47,366 nt of DNA from Bacteroidales bacterium UBA1736 (GTDB taxonomy: Bacteria > Bacteroidota > Bacteroidia > Bacteroidales > UBA932): the NCBI GenBank assembly GCA_002315825.1, contig DCIC01000110.1, positions 1-47,366 on the forward strand, read 5' to 3'. The position numbers and the translations under genes are program-made. The notes beneath the pieces are model-generated. The model searched no databases and was not told the origin of the DNA. It saw only the letters and a program-made list of their open reading frames with translations. Below, one piece after another: positions 21,824-32,291 of the stretch (positions within the stretch are counted from its first letter, which is position 1; each line of letters starts with the position of its first letter).

Positions 21824-22699
21824 ATGTCAAGTCTGAGGGAAATAAAAAGCCGCATATCTTCTGTCAAGGGCACTCTGAAGATCACCTCCGCGATGAAGAT
21901 GGTCGCTTCGACCAAGTTGCGCAGGGCTCAGAAAGCTATTGAGAATATGACGCAATATAGGCAGGCCTTGAGGAGTATTCTTGTTTCCACTGGTCTGGAT
22001 ATGTCGCTCAGGGGTATTTATCCCGCTGACACGGACAATGCTTTGGTCGTAGCCGTCGCGTCCAACTCTTCTTTGTGCGGAGGGTTCAATATCAATGCGA
22101 TAAAGGCGACAAAAGATGTTATCTCCAAGTTGGAAGCGGCGGGAAAGAAGGTTGACGTCTGGTCGATAGGACGTAAGATGTCCGAAGCGATGAGGCGCTT
22201 GGGCTATCCTTGCGGCGAGGATTTCTCCGCTTTGTGCGGGCAACCCGCTTATGATACGGCGGCTTCATTGGCGGACAGATTGATGGATCTTTACAAAGCG
22301 GGGGAGTATTCGAGCATTACCCTTGTTTATACCCACTTTGTGTCGGCATCCACGCAGAAAGTGATAAAGGAAGCGTATCTTCCCGCTGAATTTCTGGAGG
22401 AGATGATACTGGAAAGGGAAAAGCCTCAGGATTCTATCGGGGAGTTGAAACCTATCTTTGAGCCGGACAGGATAGCGCTGCTGGGCCAGCTGCTTCCCAA
22501 GGTTATGCGCCTGAAGATTTACTCTGTCCTTCTGGATTCTGTCGCTGCTGAACACGCTGCCCGCACCTTGGCTATGCAGGTCGCTACGGACAATGGAAAT
22601 CAGATACTCCAGGACCTTACCCTTGAGTACAACAAGGGCCGTCAGCAGAAGATTACCAGCGAGATTCTGGATCTTATCGGAGGCCTTCAGGGTCAGTAA
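21824..22699 (+). CDS. atpG: F0F1 ATP synthase subunit gamma
   Basis: KITSAMKMV, LCGGFN, ATDNG, YNKGRQQKITSEILD. Confidence 0.96.
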   Translation: MSSLREIKSRISSVKGTLKITSAMKMVASTKLRRAQKAIENMTQYRQALRSILVSTGLDMSLRGIYPADTDNALVVAVASNSSLCGGFNINAIKATKDVISKLEAAGKKVDVWSIGRKMSEAMRRLGYPCGEDFSALCGQPAYDTAASLADRLMDLYKAGEYSSITLVYTHFVSASTQKVIKEAYLPAEFLEEMILEREKPQDSIGELKPIFEPDRIALLGQLLPKVMRLKIYSVLLDSVAAEHAARTLAMQVATDNGNQILQDLTLEYNKGRQQKITSEILDLIGGLQGQ

Positions 22700-22805
22700 T
22701 AACGAAAAAGCTGATCTCACGACCAGCTTATCCGATAATATTACTTAGCTTAATACTTATAAATCAAATGTTCGTTTTGGAGTTTATACCATAATCGTGC
22801 CAGAA

Positions 22806-24236
22806 ATGAAAGCTATAACTAAAATATTTGTAATTTTTGTTGCGTTGGCCTTGATTGCCTGCACAAAAAGCGGGACGGATCCTACTCCCAGTCCCGAGCC
22901 TCAGCCGAGCGAAGATTATATCCCCAAACTGTATCTCAGGGCTCTGTATATGGATAATTATTATTATTGGTATAAAGAGGTGAAAGATCGCAATGCCGCT
23001 CTCGACCCGGAGGATTATGACATCTATGGTTTTTTCGATGCTATGCTCTACACTTCCGACCGCTGGAGCTGGATGTGTAGCGGGGACTACTATAGGTCTA
23101 TCTCTTCGGGCGTAAGGACCGGTACCTGGGGCTTGTCTATCGGACAGGCTGCGGATATGGGGGATTATTCTCTGCGCGTGGCTTATATTTTCCCGTCCTC
23201 TCCTTTTGAGGAGTATGGAGTCACCAGAGGCGCACGTTTGGATGCAATTGGGGGGAAGGACATCACGGAGCCTATGACTGAGGATAAGATCGATATCTTT
23301 CTGGAAGAGTGGGAAAAGGATACCAACAGTTTTACCTTCACGCTTCTGGACGGGGAGCAGGTGAGTTTCACTGCTTCCAGGGTGGCCTCTCTCTCTATCA
23401 GGTCGTCCCTTGCCTGTGAGGTCATAACTCCGCAGGATTATACCGGTCTGGACGGGAATGTGGGCTATTTCCACTACCTTTCGTTTACAAAGAGTCTGGT
23501 CCAGGATATCACGGATGCTATGGATTATTTTATCAGCAACAATGTCAAGACTCTGATTCTGGATCTGAGGTATAACGGTGGAGGGGATTTTGTCGCAGCG
23601 CTCAAACTCGCCTCATATCTCGCCCCCAAGTCCGCTCAGGGGAAGGTGTTCGTCAAGACTGTCCACAACGATATTCTGTCTCAATATGACAGCGATGAGT
23701 TGATTCCGGCCAATGATAATCCTTTGCTGCCCGGGAAGCTGTATATTCTGACAGGCTCCGGTACCGCCTCCTGCAGTGAGGTTATGATCAATAGCCTTCT
23801 GCCCTATATGGGAGAGAATCTGCTTACTGTGGGCACTCAGACCTACGGCAAACCCAACGGGATGTATCTTCTTCCTTATCCTGTGTCCGATGCTGATTAC
23901 GAAAAGTACAACAGCGGGGATTTCTCGACGTTGGAGTATGCGTTTCTTCCGATCAGTATGTACAACTTGAATTCTCTCGGAGAGCAGATTCCTAATGACG
24001 GATTTATCCCTGACTGTGCCTGTCCTGATGATGTGTGCCACGATTTCGGACTCGGGGAAGCAATGGTCGAGGCTTGTCTTTACCATATTGTCAATGGGAG
24101 TTTCCCTCCGGCCTATTCTTCGGGTGGGGCTACCAAGGTTTCGTCTCATCCTGAGTTGCAGCTCCCGAGGACCTGTGACGGGATGCCGGAAGGGGGATTG
24201 GCGATAAATGGAATTGCTCCCCGGTTGGCGCAGTAA
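22806..24236 (+). CDS. S41-family (C-terminal processing) peptidase, lipoprotein
   Basis: Lipobox LIAC; YYYWY N-domain, PDZ-like middle region, LILDLRYNGGG, TASCSE (Ser), TYGK (Lys). Confidence 0.88.
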   Translation: MKAITKIFVIFVALALIACTKSGTDPTPSPEPQPSEDYIPKLYLRALYMDNYYYWYKEVKDRNAALDPEDYDIYGFFDAMLYTSDRWSWMCSGDYYRSISSGVRTGTWGLSIGQAADMGDYSLRVAYIFPSSPFEEYGVTRGARLDAIGGKDITEPMTEDKIDIFLEEWEKDTNSFTFTLLDGEQVSFTASRVASLSIRSSLACEVITPQDYTGLDGNVGYFHYLSFTKSLVQDITDAMDYFISNNVKTLILDLRYNGGGDFVAALKLASYLAPKSAQGKVFVKTVHNDILSQYDSDELIPANDNPLLPGKLYILTGSGTASCSEVMINSLLPYMGENLLTVGTQTYGKPNGMYLLPYPVSDADYEKYNSGDFSTLEYAFLPISMYNLNSLGEQIPNDGFIPDCACPDDVCHDFGLGEAMVEACLYHIVNGSFPPAYSSGGATKVSSHPELQLPRTCDGMPEGGLAINGIAPRLAQ

Positions 24237-24290
24237 CTTACAGTTTTTAGTAGGGTAGTTGAGGGCCCCGCGTGCGTGTTTTCTTGTGTT

Positions 24291-24317
24291 AAGAGGCCGC
24301 CGCGGGGCCTCTTTGTT
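24291..24317 (+). terminator. Probable intrinsic terminator after the S41 gene
   Basis: aagaggcc-gccgcgg-ggcctctt followed by tgtt. Confidence 0.5.
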
Positions 24318-24639
24318 GGTGCTGGAGCTATCTATGCGGGTAGAAATGATCCGTTTAAGAAATATTTAAAAAAATTATTAAAATTTTTGAAAATTATGGT
24401 TTTTGAGTATTTCTTGAAATGGGGTTTCAGATTGTAATCTAAAAACGTTTTACCGCTTACGGATTGCGTCAAAATGGGCCGAAATTCGCGCATAACACGT
24501 TAATTTTCAACTCTTACGAGGTTTGCAAATAAGGAAAATAATGTGCAACTTTGACCCGTTGAAGGGTGAAATGGCTTCATTTCACTCCTTATTGAGATGA
24601 AACTAGTTTAATATTTATGTTTAATTAAAGGTTCAACAA

Positions 24640-27600
24640 ATGAGAAAAATGAGGTTATTTTTCGCAGCGATGGCTTTGCTTGTATCGGCTCTGGCTTATG
24701 GTCAGAACATAACCGTTACAGGTACAGTTACAGACTCATCTAATGGTGAGCCGATTCCATTCGCTTCTATTCAGTTGAAAGGCACAATGACAGGTGCGAG
24801 CGCTGATGTAAATGGTGCTTACTCCATTTCCGTCCCTTCTGACGGTGTCATGGTATTCTCTTCAATCGGTTATGTGACCATTGAGGAGCAGGTGGCCGGG
24901 AAGGCTGTCCACAATGTGGCTCTTTCTCCCGACACACAGGCTCTTGAGGAGACCATCGTTGTGGCTTTCGGTACAGCAACAAAGAGCGCCTTCACAGGTT
25001 CTGCAGCAGTTGTCAATGATGAAACACTCGCCAAAAAGCAGGTTGCAAGTGTAACTAACGCTCTTGCAGGTGCTGTTGCCGGTGTACAGCTTACATCTTC
25101 AAACGGAGCTCCTGGCTCATCATCAACAATCCGTATCCGCGGTTTCAGCTCATTGAACGCAGGTATGAATCCTCTTATCATCGTTGATGGTGCTCCTTAC
25201 AGCGGAGATATCGCAAATATCAACCAGGCCGATGTCGAGTCAATGACAGTCCTCAAGGATGCCGCTTCCAACGCACTTTACGGTGCCCGCGGTGCCAATG
25301 GTGTCATTATCATCACTACCAAGAAAGCTAAGTCAGGCGATGCTATTGTTACTTTCGATGCCAAGGTCGGTGTCAACACCAAGGCTCTCCAGCAGTACAA
25401 CATCATTACAGACCCTGCAATGTATTATGAGAAGCACTATCAGGCTTTGACCAACTACTACACCAATTCTCAGGGCAAGACTGCTGACGAGGCTTGGGCT
25501 TTGGCCAACAAGTACATCACAGGCGACCAGGGTAATGGTGGTTTGGGTTATCAGATTTACACTCTTCCTGAAGGAGCTGCGCTCATCGGAAAGAATGGAA
25601 AGCTCAATCCTAATGCAAGACTTGGAAACTATGTAAACTACAAGGGTGAGGATTATCTCGTTACCCCCGATGATTGGTCAAATATCGGCTACCGCGCAGG
25701 TAAGCGTCAGGAGTACAACCTCTCTATCGCAGGAAGCAATGAAAAGTCTTCATTCTACGCTTCTATCGGTTACCTCAATAACGAGGGTATCACTGAGAAC
25801 TCTGATCTCGAGCGTTTCACCGCTCGTTTGAGAGCTGACTACCGTGCAAAGAAGTGGTTGAAAGTGGGTGGAAACATGAACTACACACGTTTCAACGGCA
25901 ACTCTCTCGGCAACAACGGTTCATCAGGATCATCAGGTAACATCTGGGCGTTTACATCACAGATGGCTCCTATCTATCCTGCATATATCCGCAACACTGA
26001 CGGTACCATCAAGGTTGATGGCAACGGTATCAAGGTTATGGACTACGGTAACGGTAAGAACGCCGGTTTCTCCCGTCCTTTCATCTCTGACGCCAACCCT
26101 ATTCAGGATAACAAGCTCAATACACGTAACTCTGAGGGTAATGCTTTGACCGCAAACGGTTTTGCAGATTTCACCTTCGCTCCCGGTCTTGTTCTCACAA
26201 TCAACGGAACAATGAACTTGGATGAGACTCGTGGAACAACAGTTCTCAACCCTTACTATGGTCAGTTCGATACCACAGGCGGTACAGTTGAGAAGTCTCA
26301 CGGCCGTAGCTTCGACTACAACTTCCAGCAGTTGCTCAACTACTCAAAGACCTTCGCTGATGTTCACCATATGAACATCCTCCTCGGTCACGAGTACTAC
26401 AACAGCAGATACTATGTACTCGGTGCATCCAAGTCAAAGATGTTCAGCCAGGAAAACAAGGAGCTCAGCGGAGCTGTTGTTGACGGCCAGGGCGCTTACT
26501 CTTATATGACTGAATACAACAATGAGGGTTACTTCCTCCGTGCTGAGTATGACTATGATAACAGAATCTTCGGTTCCGGATCAATCCGTCGCGATGCATC
26601 TTCACGTTTCGATCCCAATTACCGTTGGGGTACATTCTGGAGCGTCGGTGCAGCTTGGATTTTGAGCCGTGAGAACTGGTTCAATGCATCTTGGGTTGAC
26701 GAGTTGAAAGCTAAGGCTTCCATCGGTTCTCAGGGTAACGATAACATCGGTAACTACAGATATACCGACCTCTTCGACATCACAAACTCTTCAGGATCAA
26801 TCGGTACTTCATTCGCAAGCAAGGGTACAAGAGACATCACTTGGGAGACTAACACCAACTTCAACGTCGGTGCTGAGTTCGGATTCTTCCACAGACTTAC
26901 CGGTAGCCTCGAGTACTTCAAGCGTTACACTTCCGATATGCTCTTCTCTTTCTCAGTAGCACCTTCACTCGGTTATTCAAGCTACTATGACAACGTAGGA
27001 GACCTTTACAATGAGGGTCTTGAGCTCGAGCTCAACTACAACATCATCAATAAGAAGAACCTCCAGTGGGATGTCAATCTCAACGCTACAACACTGAAGA
27101 ACCGCATCACCAAGCTTCACGATGACAAGAAGATTTCTTCTCGTTACGATGCAAGCGGAAAGGAGTACAAGGGTTATGATTCAGGTAGCTTCTTCGTAAC
27201 AGAAGGCGTTTCAATGTACACTTGGAACCTTAAGGAGTATGCAGGTGTAAATGCTGAAACCGGAGAGTCTATGTGGTACAAGAACATCAAGGACGAGGCT
27301 GGAAACGTTACCGGTAGAGAGACTACTACAACATACGCAGACGCTGACTACTATGTAACAGGCAAGACTTCTATTCCTGATCTCTATGGTGGTTTCGGTA
27401 CAAACCTTCAGGTGTACGGATTTGACTTCTCAGTCAACTTCTCATACCAGCTCGGCGGATATCAGTATGATGGGACTTATGCTTCATTCATGGCTTCTCC
27501 TACTGGATCCAACACCGGTTACAACTTCCACGTTGATACATTTGACTGTTGGACACCCAGCAACACTTCATCCAACATTCCTCGTTGGCAGTTCGGTGAC

Positions 27601-27867
27601 ACCTACAGCGCAAGCTCATCAACTCGCTTCCTTACCAAGTCAAGCTACCTCAATATCGAGGCTATCAACCTTGGTTACACCTTCCCTACCAAGTGGACTT
27701 CAAAGGCCCTCATCAATTCACTCAGAATTTATGTAGCAGCCAACAACGTTTGGTACTGGTCAGCACGCCGTGGATTCGATCCTCGTCAGAGCTTCTCATC
27801 AACGACTAATGCTACTAACTACTCTCCTATGAGAACTGTATCTGGTGGTGTTACTTTCAAGTTCTAA
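24640..27867 (+). CDS. SusC/RagA TonB-dependent outer-membrane transporter
   Basis: Signal peptide, CarboxypepD_reg-like N-domain, IRIRG, PLIIVDG, VLKDAASNALYGARGANGVIIITTK, RRDASSRF, WET, C-terminal Phe. Confidence 0.96.
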   Translation: MRKMRLFFAAMALLVSALAYGQNITVTGTVTDSSNGEPIPFASIQLKGTMTGASADVNGAYSISVPSDGVMVFSSIGYVTIEEQVAGKAVHNVALSPDTQALEETIVVAFGTATKSAFTGSAAVVNDETLAKKQVASVTNALAGAVAGVQLTSSNGAPGSSSTIRIRGFSSLNAGMNPLIIVDGAPYSGDIANINQADVESMTVLKDAASNALYGARGANGVIIITTKKAKSGDAIVTFDAKVGVNTKALQQYNIITDPAMYYEKHYQALTNYYTNSQGKTADEAWALANKYITGDQGNGGLGYQIYTLPEGAALIGKNGKLNPNARLGNYVNYKGEDYLVTPDDWSNIGYRAGKRQEYNLSIAGSNEKSSFYASIGYLNNEGITENSDLERFTARLRADYRAKKWLKVGGNMNYTRFNGNSLGNNGSSGSSGNIWAFTSQMAPIYPAYIRNTDGTIKVDGNGIKVMDYGNGKNAGFSRPFISDANPIQDNKLNTRNSEGNALTANGFADFTFAPGLVLTINGTMNLDETRGTTVLNPYYGQFDTTGGTVEKSHGRSFDYNFQQLLNYSKTFADVHHMNILLGHEYYNSRYYVLGASKSKMFSQENKELSGAVVDGQGAYSYMTEYNNEGYFLRAEYDYDNRIFGSGSIRRDASSRFDPNYRWGTFWSVGAAWILSRENWFNASWVDELKAKASIGSQGNDNIGNYRYTDLFDITNSSGSIGTSFASKGTRDITWETNTNFNVGAEFGFFHRLTGSLEYFKRYTSDMLFSFSVAPSLGYSSYYDNVGDLYNEGLELELNYNIINKKNLQWDVNLNATTLKNRITKLHDDKKISSRYDASGKEYKGYDSGSFFVTEGVSMYTWNLKEYAGVNAETGESMWYKNIKDEAGNVTGRETTTTYADADYYVTGKTSIPDLYGGFGTNLQVYGFDFSVNFSYQLGGYQYDGTYASFMASPTGSNTGYNFHVDTFDCWTPSNTSSNIPRWQFGDTYSASSSTRFLTKSSYLNIEAINLGYTFPTKWTSKALINSLRIYVAANNVWYWSARRGFDPRQSFSSTTNATNYSPMRTVSGGVTFKF

Positions 27868-27892
27868 TCACTTAACGGTTCAGTAACTACAA

Positions 27893-29542
27893 ATGAATAT
27901 GATTATGAATAACATAACGAAGTTTATATCAGTACTTGCGGTGTCCGCAGTGACACTTTCAGCTTGTATCAAGGAGACCTTCCCGATGAGCGACAGCGCT
28001 ACATCGGAGCAGATCGGTGCTTCAGCCAGTGCTTTGCAGGCTTCTGTAAATGGTGTGCCCGCTCAGATGTGTCAGAGTTATCTCGTATATGGTTCCCAGA
28101 CTCACGAGACCGATATGGCATTCCCTCAGTTTATGATGGCCTATACCGAGTTGCTCGGAGACTTCTTCCCTCTCGGTTCTAACTCAGGTTATGACTGGTA
28201 TCGTAACTACAATACATTCGACCGTTCTTTCGGTGACGATTCGTATTTTGCTTTCCTTCCCTGGTTCACTTGCTACCAGTTCATCAAGAGTGCAAACGAC
28301 ATCATCGGTGCAGTTGACCTCGAGTCAGAGTCAACAACTGCAGCCCTCAAGGCTTACGCCGGTATGGCTTATGCAACACGTGCTTTCGACTACTACCTCC
28401 TTACTATTATGTATGAGCCTGTAGAGAACATCTACACAGACATCAGTTCTGTAAAGGGTCTTACTGTTCCTAAGGTAACATTCGAGACAGACGCTGAGGC
28501 AGCAAAGAACAATCCCCGTATGACTCACAAAGAGTGTATCGACTTTATGATTTCTGACCTTGAGAAAGCTGAGGAGTGTCTTTCAGGTTTCTCTCAGACC
28601 AGCAAACTTCTCCCTAGCCTTGCAGTTGTGTATGGTATCAGGGCAAAGGTACATATGTGGGACGAGGACTATGCAAATGCTGCAAAGTACGCACGTCTTG
28701 CAATCGATACTTTCGGCGGTACTCCTGTAACCGAGACTCAGTGGCTCGACCTTGCTACAGGTTTCAATACAGCCAACCAGGCTTGGATGTGGAATCTCCA
28801 CTATTCAGCTGAGACAATGGGTAACCTCTGTAACTACATCGGTTGGGCATCAGGTGAGGCCGACTGGGGATATGCATCTCTTACTCGTCCTTCTATCGAC
28901 AAGTCTCTCTATGACAAGATTTCTGCGACTGACTTCCGTAAATACACCTTCCTTGATCCCGCCAAGTATGATTTCTACAACTATCAGACTGTTCGTGACG
29001 AGGCTTACATCGAGGATGCTCCCGCTTGTCTTTCTCTCAAGTTCCGTTGCGGTGGCAAGGATTGGGAAAACTACACTGTAGGTGCAGCTGTTGATGTTCC
29101 TGTTATGCGCGTTGAGGAAATGTACCTTATCGAGGCTGAGGCCGTAGGTATGTCTCAGGGTCTTGCACAGGGTACAACTCTTCTCAACTCATTTATGCAG
29201 AACCACCGTCAGAAGGACTACAGCTGCCAGGCTACAAATCTTCGCGATTTCCAGCTTGAGGTTCTTACTCAGGAGAGAATCGAGTTCTGGGGTGAAGGCT
29301 GGGGCTTCCCTAACGCAAAGCGTATCAAACCTGACGTTATCCAGAACTACGAAGGAACAAATGCTCCCGCAGCTATCTTCCAGATCAACTGTAAGGGCAT
29401 CAAACCTAACTGGAACTTTGTAATTCCTAAGTCTGAGGTACAGGCCAATTCAGCTCTTGATGGAAAGAACAATCCTAATCCTACCGGAACTGTTAAGATC
29501 AGGCCTACGCCTATCGGTACTTTTGCTGAGGGTTCATATTAA
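27893..29542 (+). CDS. SusD/RagB lipoprotein
   Basis: Lipobox LSAC; RAFDY, DLEKAE, MRVEEMYLIEAEA, ERIEFWGEG, IPKSE. Confidence 0.93.
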   Translation: MNMIMNNITKFISVLAVSAVTLSACIKETFPMSDSATSEQIGASASALQASVNGVPAQMCQSYLVYGSQTHETDMAFPQFMMAYTELLGDFFPLGSNSGYDWYRNYNTFDRSFGDDSYFAFLPWFTCYQFIKSANDIIGAVDLESESTTAALKAYAGMAYATRAFDYYLLTIMYEPVENIYTDISSVKGLTVPKVTFETDAEAAKNNPRMTHKECIDFMISDLEKAEECLSGFSQTSKLLPSLAVVYGIRAKVHMWDEDYANAAKYARLAIDTFGGTPVTETQWLDLATGFNTANQAWMWNLHYSAETMGNLCNYIGWASGEADWGYASLTRPSIDKSLYDKISATDFRKYTFLDPAKYDFYNYQTVRDEAYIEDAPACLSLKFRCGGKDWENYTVGAAVDVPVMRVEEMYLIEAEAVGMSQGLAQGTTLLNSFMQNHRQKDYSCQATNLRDFQLEVLTQERIEFWGEGWGFPNAKRIKPDVIQNYEGTNAPAAIFQINCKGIKPNWNFVIPKSEVQANSALDGKNNPNPTGTVKIRPTPIGTFAEGSY

Positions 29543-29555
29543 TAGTTAGACGATT

Positions 29556-31625
29556 ATGAAGACAATCAATAAATTTTTCAACGTGCTTTTCGCAGCAGCT
29601 TTGGTAATGGGCACAAGTGCCTGTATCAAGGAGGCTCCCGAATATAAGCCGGCTGATGTCCCTACCACTGCAGAGGTTTACTTCTCTTCTCAGTTGGCTT
29701 CAGCCTATACACTGAAGGATGGCCAGAATTACTTCCTGGTAACCATCAATCGTGCTACTACTACAGCTGCATACGCCGCTTCTATCTCTTCTGACGCTGA
29801 TCCTCTCTTCACTATTCCCGCAACAGTGAATTTTGAGGCCGGTATGAGTTCAGCACCTATCAAGATCTCTTTCGATCCCAAGGCTATCACCGCCGGTGTT
29901 GACTATAAGTTTACCATTACTGCAACTTCTGAGGCCTCTCAGTATGGCAATTCTTCATATTCATTCACAGCAAAGCTCCCCGCAGCTGAGTCTTGGAAAG
30001 CATATTCAGGTGGCACAACACCTGCTTTCTACGAGGCATATATGAATATGTACAACACAAGCATCGATCCTCACATCTTCGATTGCTACGTGGAGAAGTT
30101 CCCTGGAAAGGAGATCTACCGTATTGTCAATCCTATGAGTGTAAAGGTTGTCAATGGTAAGAAGTATCAAAATCCTTACTACGATGAGACCGGTGCTGGA
30201 GACGGTATCTGGCCCGATGAGTTCCTCAGCAAGGATGACTACTACATCTATATCGATATGGATGGTGAGTACTACAAGGAGGATACAGGTAAGGACCTTC
30301 CCGCAGGAAGCGTATATATCGCTTATTCTCCTCTCAACTTCGCGTGGAGCTATGGCGAGTTTGCTATGATGAGTGCAGCCGGAAGCCCTGCTATGGTTGA
30401 GAAGTACTCTATCGCTAATCCTCTTGGAAAATACGATGCTTCGAAGAAGTGCGTTGATTTCGGTGATGTATTCCTCCTTATGGGCGGCTCAGTTTATGGC
30501 TGGTCATCGGATTCAGGTTCACCTACCTCTAAGTTGTATTTCGACAAGAATTTGATGGTTGAGGACTACAATACCTATAAGACAAAGGCTTGGGCTGAGG
30601 CTTATGCAAAGTCAACTCTTATGGAGGTTAGTGGCAATGTAAGTGTACGCACTTATGTTGACGAGAAGGCCGGAGCTACTATCTATCAGATTCCTGATTA
30701 TTTCTCAACTGGACAGGGTCTTGCATTCTACGGACCTAATGTTGACGCTCTCGTAGATGGCGCTGAGCTTTCTGACGTGGCCAACGAGCAGTTTATGGGT
30801 AAGTTGTTCGGAACTGATCTTTATTGCACAGTCAACGGTGGTAATGTTTCTATTCCTGCCGGTGGTCTGCCTATATTCACTGTTACCGTCAATGTTTATG
30901 CAAAGGTAAATGGTGAGAAGGTGCTTGACTATGGTAAGTTTGTTGAGACATTCTCTGTAACCTCAATTATCGAGCAGTACACAATGCTTGATCTCGTTCC
31001 TGCTAAGAAGGAAGACTTCTATGGTGAGTATGAGTACAAGTGCAATATGTATGGAAAGGACGGCGTTCAGTATCCTACCAACCTCATCACTATCGAGGAT
31101 GCAGGTCAGGACGAGGAAGGTATAGAATTGCTTTCTATCTCTGGTCTTGGCGGTGGCAAGTTTGATGATAAGCTTATCGCTATGTACGATGAGTCGGGAG
31201 TATTTGCTATCGCTCCTCAGCAGCTTGAGGGTACTTATGCCGGTTTTGACATTATGGTTTATCCATTCTCATCAGAGGAATTGTATTACACTACAGAATA
31301 TCCTCTCGTTGGTGGTATGACCAATACCGGAAGACTTGCATTGGTTCCTTTCTATACAACCAGCTTCAATGGACTTTATTTCTACGCAGTTGGTTATGGT
31401 GGAATTGCTATCAATTCTAACTACATCCTCTGGCCTGCTGCTTCTGATGCTCAGAGTGTACCTTCTGTTGGTGCTCTCCAGCCTATACCTCAGCCCGCTC
31501 CTGGCGTAGTTGCAGAGCGTCCTGTTGTAGAGCGTGAGTTCAACTTCAGCGCTGGTAACAAGACAACTCAGTCTGAAAAGGTTAATAAGAGTAATGGTCC
31601 TGCAAAGGTTGCTAATCTCTTCTAA
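29556..31625 (+). CDS. SusC/D-associated surface lipoprotein of unknown function
   Basis: Lipobox TSAC; beta-rich N-domain (TINR...ATVNFEAG), YRIVNP motif, Pro-rich tail; co-oriented with susD. Confidence 0.8.
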   Translation: MKTINKFFNVLFAAALVMGTSACIKEAPEYKPADVPTTAEVYFSSQLASAYTLKDGQNYFLVTINRATTTAAYAASISSDADPLFTIPATVNFEAGMSSAPIKISFDPKAITAGVDYKFTITATSEASQYGNSSYSFTAKLPAAESWKAYSGGTTPAFYEAYMNMYNTSIDPHIFDCYVEKFPGKEIYRIVNPMSVKVVNGKKYQNPYYDETGAGDGIWPDEFLSKDDYYIYIDMDGEYYKEDTGKDLPAGSVYIAYSPLNFAWSYGEFAMMSAAGSPAMVEKYSIANPLGKYDASKKCVDFGDVFLLMGGSVYGWSSDSGSPTSKLYFDKNLMVEDYNTYKTKAWAEAYAKSTLMEVSGNVSVRTYVDEKAGATIYQIPDYFSTGQGLAFYGPNVDALVDGAELSDVANEQFMGKLFGTDLYCTVNGGNVSIPAGGLPIFTVTVNVYAKVNGEKVLDYGKFVETFSVTSIIEQYTMLDLVPAKKEDFYGEYEYKCNMYGKDGVQYPTNLITIEDAGQDEEGIELLSISGLGGGKFDDKLIAMYDESGVFAIAPQQLEGTYAGFDIMVYPFSSEELYYTTEYPLVGGMTNTGRLALVPFYTTSFNGLYFYAVGYGGIAINSNYILWPAASDAQSVPSVGALQPIPQPAPGVVAERPVVEREFNFSAGNKTTQSEKVNKSNGPAKVANLF

Positions 31626-31659
31626 GCCTACAAGACGAACTTAACATTTTTTCCCAATC

Positions 31660-31690
31660 AGGGCTGGCCATTTCGGTCAGCCCTTTTTTT
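31660..31690 (+). terminator. Intrinsic terminator of the susC/D operon
   Basis: agggctggcc-atttc-ggtcagccct followed by a T run. Confidence 0.85.
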
Positions 31691-31777
31691 CATAATTGAG
31701 GCGCTGATATGGAGAAAGTCACTGTTTTTTCAGCGAAGCCGCAGATTGCACGCTTTCGCTTCGTTTCCCTTCGAATC

Positions 31778-31898
31778 GGTCAAGTGCGAGTAGGCTTGCG
31801 AGCACTTGACCTCTGTAATGGAAAAGGAGTTTTCCTCGACAGAGCGAGGTGAGCCTTTGAGGCGAGCTCGCCGCTGCTCTGGCGGGAGAAAACTCCTT
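31778..31898. repeat. Two adjacent stem-loops (REP-like)
   Basis: ggtcaagtgc/gcacttgacc (31778-31811); aaggagttttc/gaaaactcctt (31824-31898) with internal cagagc/gctctg and ggtgagc/gctcgcc pairings. Confidence 0.75.
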
Positions 31899-31942
31899 GC
31901 CAATGTCATCACCAGGCTCATCACTCGTTCCCGAAACCTCTT

Positions 31943-32167
31943 TCTCCACCGTCTTCATCGTCTCCACCGTCCCCATCGTCTCCACCGTCTTCATTGTCTC
32001 CATTGTCTCCATCGTCTTCACTGTCTTCACCGTCTTCACTGTCTTCGCCGTCTGCACCGTCTCCATCGTCTCCACCGTCTTCATTGTCTCCATTGTCTCC
32101 ATTGTCTCCACCGTCTCCATCGTCTTCACTGTCTTCATCGTCTCCACCGTCTGCACCGTCTTCTCCG
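31943..32167. repeat. Degenerate 9-bp tandem repeat, 25 copies (consensus TCTYCAYYG)
   Basis: tctccaccg tcttcatcg tctccaccg tccccatcg ... tctgcaccg tcttctccg; 225 bp in unbroken phase. Confidence 0.93.
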
Positions 32168-32291
32168 GCATAGCCGGCCAGTTCGGGGCCACCCCCCACC
32201 TCGCCTGTCGAGAAGTTGCGCTGGGAGTTTTCCATATCGGTCTCGTCATTCCAAAGACACCATTCCTCAAGAGATAATACCTTGAAAGGAC

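Noticed and set aside
24237-24639. Invertible promoter or riboswitch upstream of susC
   Set aside because: I found no pair of inverted repeats flanking the promoter, no nearby recombinase and no recognisable riboswitch consensus. An Rfam scan would be needed to exclude one.
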